Source: an uncultured bacterium
GTDB lineage: Bacteria; GCA-001730085
Direction: 5' to 3'
DNA: 32,000 nucleotides
Assembly: GCA_964565945.1 (NCBI GenBank)
Contig: CAZMGY010000015.1
Coordinates: 1-32,000, forward strand
Shown here: piece by piece, positions 25,890-32,000 of the stretch
Numbering within the stretch: position 1 is the first letter of the stretch
Layout of the letters: every line of letters begins with the position of its first letter
Notes under the pieces: model-generated
What the model was told of the DNA's origin: nothing
What the model saw: only the letters and a program-made list of their open reading frames with translations
Database searches by the model: none
Translations under genes and position numbers: made by a program

Positions 25890-26857
25890 TTGATGCCCTC
25901 ATTAATCCTATCGTTTTCTTTTTTATTTTAGGTTTGGTCGCAGGCCTGCTTCGCTCGGACTTAAAAATTCCCGATGGTCTTTATGAAACTCTCAGTATTT
26001 ATTTACTCTTAGCTATTGGACTTAAAGGGGGCGTAGAGCTGTCCAAAGTTAACCTATTCGACATTATTCAACCTATGGTTTGCACACTGGCCGTGGGCAT
26101 CCTTATTCCCTTAATTGCTTACACCCTTGCGAAAACTCTGTTTAATTATTCGCGCATCAATGCCGCGGCCTTAGCCACCCATTATGGTTCTGTGAGCGCA
26201 GTCACCTTTGCCGTTTGTCTCACCTACTTAACTCATTTAGCCATTCCTTACGATCCTTATGTGACCGTTATGCTTGTCATTCTCGAAGTACCCGCCCTGA
26301 TTATTGGCATTATGCTCGCCAAAACGGGCACTCCTGGATTCAAGCAAAATATCCTTAAGGTGTTGCACGAAGTCTTGTTTGGCCAAAGTATCTTTCTGCT
26401 AGTGGGTGGCTTGTTAATCGGCTTATTCGTCGGAGCTAAAAAAATGGAAATGCTCGACACCGTATTTGTGGCTCCTTTCAAAGGGGTGCTCGCCTTTTTT
26501 CTTCTCGAAATGGGCCTGATGGTTTCTAAGCGAATTAGCAGCCTGAAAACAATCGGCCCCTCATTGGTCATTTACGGCATTTGCATGCCGATCCTTTCGG
26601 GCACACTAGCTAGCATTCTTGGAGCAATACTCGGTCTTCATTTGGGCACCTTAGTTGTCCTTGCTACTCTTTCGGCCAGTGCTTCGTATATTGCCGCTCC
26701 TGCCGCTGTCCGAGTGGCCATTCCCAAAGCCAATCCTGCTATTTACCTGACCTCTTCTCTAGCAATTACATTTCCCTTTAATGTGGTTCTAGGCATACCG
26801 ATCTATCATCAAGTGGCCACATTTTGCCTGACATTATTTCAAGGAAGCGCTGGTTAG
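25886..26857 (+). CDS. SbtA-like (DUF897) sodium-dependent bicarbonate-transporter-family permease
   Basis: 323 aa, about 10 TM helices. N-terminus ...NPIVFFFILGLVAGLLRSDLKIPDGLYETLSIYLLLAIGLKGG matches the conserved start of the SbtA/DUF897 family. ATGA overlap with the purE stop. Confidence 0.6.
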   Translation: MIDALINPIVFFFILGLVAGLLRSDLKIPDGLYETLSIYLLLAIGLKGGVELSKVNLFDIIQPMVCTLAVGILIPLIAYTLAKTLFNYSRINAAALATHYGSVSAVTFAVCLTYLTHLAIPYDPYVTVMLVILEVPALIIGIMLAKTGTPGFKQNILKVLHEVLFGQSIFLLVGGLLIGLFVGAKKMEMLDTVFVAPFKGVLAFFLLEMGLMVSKRISSLKTIGPSLVIYGICMPILSGTLASILGAILGLHLGTLVVLATLSASASYIAAPAAVRVAIPKANPAIYLTSSLAITFPFNVVLGIPIYHQVATFCLTLFQGSAG

Positions 26858-27171
26858 TAAAGTCAAACAAGTTTTCAATATGCCTCAGCTCACTTGCCTG
26901 GGACGGCTCTGAAAGCCCTCCACATCCAAATCTTCCAAAATAATCCACAATTCCTAAATCGTGCTCACCATTTGCAAAGGCTTCATCGAAATCAGCCATC
27001 CATTTTATAAAAAATGTTTAAGCACTTGTGCGAATCATTTAATGTCTAAGCTCATTCAAGGAATAGGGGGGCTTTTCCCCTTCATAATCCGTCCAAGTCA
27101 CTGTAACATCCATGATCATCCATCGAATAAAACCAAGGTGCCAAAAGTCCATCTTGGCATTTTATTAATAT

Positions 27172-28226
27172 TTAAATAAAAAAGCCCTGCTGAGCATTGT
27201 TAAAGCCGAGAGATGCTGATTTTTGAAAATACTCTTCAGCTCGTAAATCGGATTAGGGTACACCTTGACCATCGCGATAAGCCACACCCAAATTGTATTG
27301 AGCCACAGCTTGTACCCCTTTATTTTGAGATTAAAACGCAACCTGCTAAAGCTTAATCGCATTACCTATGTTTTTATTGCCACCAAGCCCCAAATAGTAC
27401 AAACCCCCCAACTTTATTCATCGCTTGAACATTGTTGAACTGCATCCGCAAAACCTGCTCCAACAAAGCACGCGCCTGTTCATAAGACTTGCCCTGAATT
27501 AACAAAACCGCTAGGTTGTAATATCTACGAGGATCACCCAATTGACCAACTTTCATAAAGTAATCAATCACTTTTTGCTTGTTTTCCATTTACACGGCAT
27601 GCCTGCCCAATTTTAAATAGGCTTCTGTTCTGTATTGTTGGATTCTTCCAACAAACGACTCCCTTCGGGAAGATTTTCATGACCACCAATGCCATTCAGT
27701 AAAAAGTCACCATAAGTCGCCTTGAGCTTGAGTACTAGGCAAATCATTATAAGAGGCACGACGGGAAGTACTGACGAATGAGTCTCCCCTCAGGCAAAGG
27801 TTCATAACATTGACGATACAGCAAATTCAAAACACCCTCCGAAACAGGATCTAACAACTCGGCTTCCTTCAAAAGAATGTCCATGGCATCTTTCGACTTT
27901 TGTTGATAAAAATAGGCGCCCAAACTAAATTGAACTTTTTTAAGGTCTTCATCAAAAATCCAAGGGTAATCATTACGCAACTGGGCACGTGTTTCTTTCG
28001 CTTTTTTAGCACATTCGGGATAATTAACAAAAATAGGCGTTAACCACTTAATGACATCTTTAGCTTTATTTTTTTCCATGTAATATCACGCCAAATCAAG
28101 CATCGCCTGAGGTGTCCCATAAGGAAAATAGCTGAACAAAATAAAGCAAACGCTTGATCCACTATAAGCAATGTTCCACTCAAAGCAATAACACCTATCA
28201 ACCCATTTCGACTTTTGCACTTTCAT
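27172..28226 (-). pseudogene. Decayed secreted Sel1-repeat (SLR/TPR-like) protein gene
   Basis: Sel1 units are readable only by switching frames and reading through stops: ...AQYNLGVAYRDGQGVP*SDLRAEEYFQKSASLGFNNAQ, LGGLYYLGLGGNKNIGNAIKL*Q.AF*SQNKG, AYLKLGRHAV*MENKQKVIDYFMKVGQLGDPRRYYNLAVLL. In-frame stops at 27253-55, 27331-33, 27346-48 and 27590-92. Frameshift near the G6 run at 27404-09. N-terminal MKVQKSK, then (other frame) GLIGVIALSGTLLIVDQAFA, a signal peptide. The longest intact pieces are ORFs 27747-28079 and 27374-27589. Confidence 0.6.
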
Positions 28227-28535
28227 AAACACCCCTCAAGTTTGAGTTGTTTGTAGCACATCTTTTAGAGAAGCACATTATAACAACTCCTCTCCAATCA
28301 GGCTTGTTTGAGAATCATCGCCATAAAGGTGCTAGTTTTATTTGCGAACACGCGTCATTTGCATGCGACACAGCAAGCGTCGAGTCAGAAAGAGCTACAA
28401 CTAGCGAGAACAGGATTCAGCGTAAGGCCTAAAAAAAAACAAGAGCTACAAGAAAATGCGAAGCTGTCTCAACATAAAATCCAATACTGCTTGTCTCAGT
28501 TAAATAGAAGATTAATGGTAAGGGAATTGCGCCAA

Positions 28536-30191
28536 CTAGTCAAGCCGATCATCGGCCAAGTGCCAATGATAATCTTGTAAAATGCTCACCTCAACAATAT
28601 TCTCGGCTTTGCTTAGCAAGGTTTCGCAATCTTGACTCAAATTGAGCAAATGCAGTTTTTTGCCAGCCTGGGCATAACGACTCGTCACATTATCAATAGC
28701 TTCGATACCCGAATGATCAAACACCAAGGCCTTTTCGAAATCGATAATAATTTCTTCGGGATCGTTATGAACATCAAACAAAGCCTTAAAAGCTGTCACC
28801 GAACCAAAAAATAAACTTCCTTTAAGACGGTACATTTTATGCCCTTTAGGAGTTATCTCTGTCTCGACAATAATTTTTTTGCTTTGTGCCCAAGCAAATA
28901 CCAAAGCCGAAACAATCACACCGACAATCACTGCAATCGCAAGGTCAAGCACAACCGTCACAACCGCTACCAAAATGATCACAAACGCATCGGAACGAGG
29001 AATTTTTTTCATAATACGCAGACTAGACCATTCAAAGGTCGCAACAACCACCATAAACATAATGCCAACCAAAGCCCCTAAAGGGATCTGCTCGATCAAA
29101 GCAGCTCCCAACAAAATAAAGCCCAACAAAAACACCGCAGCCGTAATCCCCGATAAACGGCCTCGACCCCCAGCACGAATATTGATAATACTCTGTCCGA
29201 TCATGGCACAGCCTCCCATGCCTCCTAAAAAGCCATTCACAAAGTTGGCAATCCCTTGACCAACACTTTCTTTGTTACTTTTGCCATGGGTTTCGGTCAG
29301 TTCATCGACCAAGGTCAAGGTCATTAAAGACTCAATCAAACCCACCGCGGCGGCCAAAGCCGCATAAGGGAAGATGATTTTTAAGGTTTCCAAGTTGAAG
29401 GGAATCTGCGGCACCGCAAAACTAGGTAAAGTAGCCGCAATCGTCGTTTTGCTTGGATCCATGTTTGTCACAAAATCCAAAACGGTGTGCACCTCAAAAC
29501 CAGCTTTGCGTAATCCAATAGAAACCAAAGTCGTCGTAAGAATGGCCACCAAAGATGCTGGAACAGCTTTGGTCAAACGAGGCAAAAAGTGCGCAATCGC
29601 CATGGTAAGTGCAATTAACGCCAGCATAATCAACAAAGGTGTCGGTGGTAACAAGTGGCGTGCTTCACCCGTGCCAATATAAAACTGCGCAAACTGCGCT
29701 TTAAAAATCACAATCGCCAAACCATTAACAAAGCCCAGCATCACAGGATGAGGAATCAAGCGCACAAATTTTCCTAATTTGCACACGCCAAACACAATCT
29801 GCAAGACCCCCATCAAAATCACTGCTGCAAACAAATACTGGGTCGCCAGATCTAAACCAACCTGAGCACTCAGCGCAATCATCATTGGCGCAAAAATAAC
29901 CGCCACGGCGCCTGTGGCGCCCGAAATCATCCCAGGTCGCCCACCTATGCAAGCCGTAATCAGACCCATTAAAAAAGCCGCATATAGTCCAATTGTAGGA
30001 TCGACATGCACCACAAACGAAAAGGCAATCGCTTCGGGAATAAGGGCTAAAGCCACCGTAAGTCCCGACAATATATCATTCTTGATATTCGAAGGTTTTT
30101 TAATAATCAAATCAATCATGCCATCTACCCATTCTTGTTCACCATTTTCGTCCACCAACTTCCATTTAAAGATTTTGGCGGGGGTAGGCAT
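28536..30191 (-). CDS. SulP-family anion transporter with C-terminal STAS domain
   Basis: DILSGLTVALALIPEAIAFS and multiple TM helices. C-terminal STAS (YRLKGSLFFGS...FDHSGIEAID...LHLLNLS). Start uncertain: ATG 30191 or 30119. The ORF extends to 30269. Confidence 0.85.
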   Translation of the reverse strand: MPTPAKIFKWKLVDENGEQEWVDGMIDLIIKKPSNIKNDILSGLTVALALIPEAIAFSFVVHVDPTIGLYAAFLMGLITACIGGRPGMISGATGAVAVIFAPMMIALSAQVGLDLATQYLFAAVILMGVLQIVFGVCKLGKFVRLIPHPVMLGFVNGLAIVIFKAQFAQFYIGTGEARHLLPPTPLLIMLALIALTMAIAHFLPRLTKAVPASLVAILTTTLVSIGLRKAGFEVHTVLDFVTNMDPSKTTIAATLPSFAVPQIPFNLETLKIIFPYAALAAAVGLIESLMTLTLVDELTETHGKSNKESVGQGIANFVNGFLGGMGGCAMIGQSIINIRAGGRGRLSGITAAVFLLGFILLGAALIEQIPLGALVGIMFMVVVATFEWSSLRIMKKIPRSDAFVIILVAVVTVVLDLAIAVIVGVIVSALVFAWAQSKKIIVETEITPKGHKMYRLKGSLFFGSVTAFKALFDVHNDPEEIIIDFEKALVFDHSGIEAIDNVTSRYAQAGKKLHLLNLSQDCETLLSKAENIVEVSILQDYHWHLADDRLD

Positions 30192-30333
30192 CACCTTAAA
30201 GACAAAGGGATCTACTCCATTGGATTTCAAAAACACAAAAAAATATAGAAGTGGTTTGGAGAATGCCAAAGCTCAAGGCAACAACTCTTTAATTGAGTAT
30301 CAAAGACAACTTGCTACGCTAAGGTTTATAAAA

Positions 30334-30795
30334 TTAATTATGCGCAAAGGGCTCAATGTCACCAGGTTTGCGCAACATTTTGTTTACCTCACCAATATGT
30401 TCTTCTTCGGTGGCAATTGTCGTCCGCGCATACTCTTCGAGCAACACCGATTTGTCTTTCACCAACTTTAAGAGATCCTGATAAAGATTCAAAACTTCAT
30501 GCTCGGTCTCTAAGGCTTCCAGCAAAATCTGACCAATATCATGATTGTGCGTTTCAAGCAAAGCACCCATGCCTAAAGAAGGATGTCCTCCCAAATGCGT
30601 AATCAACTCTCCCGCCTTATGGGCGTGAGCTAAACCTTCATCGGCTTGAGATCGCAACCATGACACAATCGGAATGCGATGATAGCCAAAAACCATAAAC
30701 GAATAATGGGTGTAACGCACCACTCCAGCCAATTCTTTTTCCAAAATTTGATTCAATACATCCAAAACGGCTTCTTGATTGGTGACCGAATTCAT
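30334..30795 (-). CDS. Ferritin-like protein (bacterioferritin / Dps-like family)
   Basis: 153-aa four-helix-bundle pattern with di-iron ligand-like residues (LEKELAG...Y, ADEGLAHAHK, ALETEHE, EEEH). Strong SD GGAGGT. Confidence 0.7.
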   Translation of the reverse strand: MNSVTNQEAVLDVLNQILEKELAGVVRYTHYSFMVFGYHRIPIVSWLRSQADEGLAHAHKAGELITHLGGHPSLGMGALLETHNHDIGQILLEALETEHEVLNLYQDLLKLVKDKSVLLEEYARTTIATEEEHIGEVNKMLRKPGDIEPFAHN

Positions 30796-30852
30796 AACAA
30801 CAATTACCTCCCACAGATATTTATTTCACCACTTCTTATTTTTTATGATAGT

Positions 30853-30865
30853 CTATTCAGAATAG
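30853..30865. promoter_or_regulatory. Candidate operator palindrome in the divergent ferritin-like/mscS promoter region
   Basis: Perfect 6-1-6 palindrome CTATTC-a-GAATAG inside AT-rich TGATAGTCTATTCAGAATAGTAAG, 58 nt upstream of the ferritin-like gene start. Confidence 0.3.
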
Positions 30866-30938
30866 TAAGACAAGTTTTATTTTATTTTTTTATGAATAAT
30901 CTATGTTAGCGTAGCAAGACAAGCAAAGGAGACAAACA

Positions 30939-31805
30939 ATGTCAGTCGACTCATTATGGACAATCAGCCAAGCCTGGCTTCTTTCTTCGGGCATTCACAT
31001 TATCGTCATTCTTATCCTTACCCTAATCACCCTACGATTATCTCGTTTAATCATTGCGCGTAGCATTTGCATGTACAACGAACATATCAACACTACAGAA
31101 GCGATCAAACGCTCCGACACGCTTAACGCTTTGCTTCGCAGTTTCTTTAGGGTTATTATTTTATCTCTGTCAACTTTTATGATCATTAAGGAGTTTGGCA
31201 TCGACATCCGTCCTATTCTGGCTACAGCTGGCATTTTGGGATTGGCCGTTGGTTTTGGCGCTCAAAAGCTAGTTGCCGATATTATCAGTGGTTTTTTCAT
31301 TTTTTTAGAAAATCAAATCTGCGTCGGAGATGTGGTACAAGTCGCTGGCAAAGGAGGTTTTGTCGAAAGAGTCACCCTACGCATGGTGATTTTGCGTGAT
31401 CTCGCTGGCAATGTTCATTATGTGCGTAATGGCGAAATCAATATTGTCACCAACATGACCAAAGAGTATTCACGGTACGTCTTCGACATTCGCGTGTCTT
31501 ATAATTCAGATGTCGATCACGTGATGCGTGTGATTCAACAAGTGGACGAAGATATGCGCACAAACAGCGCTTTTGTCACCGACATCCTGGAGCCCATTGA
31601 AATTTTAGGACTGGATCAATTTACCGACTCGGCCCTGAGCATCAAAGCCCGCACCAAAACACAACCTATCAAACAATGGGCCGTTGCTCGCGAATTCAAT
31701 CGACGACTTAAAATCGCCTTTGACCAAGAAGGTATTAAGATTCCTTTTCCTCATAGAACTCTATGCTTCAGTGAACCCCTTAGTATTCAAAAAACACGTT
31801 CATAA
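30939..31805 (+). CDS. Small-conductance mechanosensitive channel (MscS family)
   Basis: Three TM helices, then the MscS core GFGAQKLVADIISGFFIFLENQICVGDVV...G.VE.V.LR...LRD..G....V.NG.I. AGGAGA SD. Confidence 0.88.
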   Translation: MSVDSLWTISQAWLLSSGIHIIVILILTLITLRLSRLIIARSICMYNEHINTTEAIKRSDTLNALLRSFFRVIILSLSTFMIIKEFGIDIRPILATAGILGLAVGFGAQKLVADIISGFFIFLENQICVGDVVQVAGKGGFVERVTLRMVILRDLAGNVHYVRNGEINIVTNMTKEYSRYVFDIRVSYNSDVDHVMRVIQQVDEDMRTNSAFVTDILEPIEILGLDQFTDSALSIKARTKTQPIKQWAVAREFNRRLKIAFDQEGIKIPFPHRTLCFSEPLSIQKTRS

Positions 31806-31824
31806 GGCACCCGATATGTTTAGG

Positions 31825-32000
31825 TTATAAATGCATGAACTGCATTCGAAACAATTTGGCATAAAACCCATTCAAAACCATCAGCTCCTCATGCGACCCT
31901 TGCTCGACAATAGCACCATCTTTAAGAGCTAGAATATGGTCGGCTTTTTGAATTGTCGACAAGCGATGGGCAATCACGAGAGCTGTTTTTTTCTTTAACA
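31825..32000 (-). CDS. ABC transporter ATP-binding/permease protein, C-terminal fragment (MsbA-like exporter); runs off the window
   Basis: My minus-strand translation: [57 protein letters not shown]. This covers the H-loop region (IAHRLST) and the typical exporter C-terminus. Confidence 0.85.
   Translation of the reverse strand, partial: LKKKTALVIAHRLSTIQKADHILALKDGAIVEQGSHEELMVLNGFYAKLFRMQFMHL

Noticed and set aside
26961-27179. 72-aa plus-strand ORF in the accessory stretch
   Set aside because: No SD and no motifs, with odd composition. It overlaps the small minus-strand ORFs and the tail of the Sel1 fossil, so it is probably spurious.
27253-27592. In-frame TAA/TAG codons inside Sel1 repeats as evidence of stop-codon reassignment or programmed read-through
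   Set aside because: TAA (gatB, gatA, pyrG, kdsB, tsaB), TGA (purK) and TAG (SbtA-like) all terminate conserved genes at the expected lengths in this window. The same region also carries frameshifts, so pseudogenisation is the simpler explanation.
20640-28535. Treating the whole 20.6-28.5 kb block as a genomic island or mobile element
   Set aside because: I found no integrase, transposase, flanking tRNA or direct-repeat boundaries. Most genes in the block (GATase, purK, purE) look native in composition. Only the SIR2-TPR gene and the Sel1 fossil look accessory.
28247-28580. Plus-strand ORFs (61 and 90 aa) and possible ncRNA in the ~300-bp gap between the Sel1 fossil and the SulP gene; includes an A9 run (28431-28439) and a 10-bp direct repeat AGAGCTACAA
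   Set aside because: No convincing coding signature, SD, stable hairpin or terminator that I could fold by eye. It is most simply promoter/leader DNA of the decayed gene plus 3' UTR of SulP. An sRNA cannot be excluded without expression data.
28632-30471. Plus-strand ORFs antisense to the SulP transporter (28879-29259, 29374-29682, 29914-30471; up to 185 aa)
   Set aside because: They mirror a long, well-supported membrane-protein gene. Their translations are proline/threonine/lysine-rich nonsense with no recognisable domain.

Overview
The window reads as chromosomal DNA from a Gram-negative bacterium, roughly 40-45% GC by eye. The surA-pdxA-rsmA synteny, the kdsB/heptose-kinase LPS genes and a GspG-M module point to a proteobacterial or Bdellovibrionota-like lineage, but I cannot fix the taxon without a search.

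Layout:
- 1-20.3 kb: almost entirely minus-strand, tightly packed housekeeping operons, many with overlapping stop/start codons. These are gatB / gatA-gatC / rsmA-pdxA-surA-like-pgi-TPR-PilZ; tadA plus tRNA-Arg(ACG); tsaB-tsaE-membrane protein-pyrG-kdsB-hldA; and a type II secretion pseudopilin/assembly module gspG-H-I-J-K-L-M.
- 20.6-26.9 kb: plus-strand block of SemiSWEET, class I glutamine amidotransferase, nitrobindin-like beta-barrel, the SIR2-TPR gene, then purK-purE-SbtA-like permease.
- 26.9-32 kb: a decayed Sel1-repeat gene, a SulP/STAS transporter, a ferritin-like protein, an MscS channel, and the 3' end of an ABC transporter ATPase.

The best candidate for something new is the 611-aa single-gene protein at 22359-24194. 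It fuses an N-terminal SIR2_2-type (defence-type NADase-like) domain to seven near-identical 35-aa TPR units, with no NTPase between them. It looks AT-rich, has its own near-consensus promoter, and is wedged 10 bp upstream of purK.

Other points worth a look:
- purK-purE translationally coupled to a putative bicarbonate permease
- tRNA-Arg(ACG) apparently co-transcribed with its editing enzyme TadA
- a palindromic repeat cluster plus a C10 tract splitting gatA from gatB
- a T2SS G-M module without gspCDEF
- a secreted Sel1-repeat pseudogene

I saw no CRISPR array, rRNA, transposase or integrase. All calls rest on motif and pattern recognition in the supplied translations and on manual reading of the DNA. 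No database search was possible.
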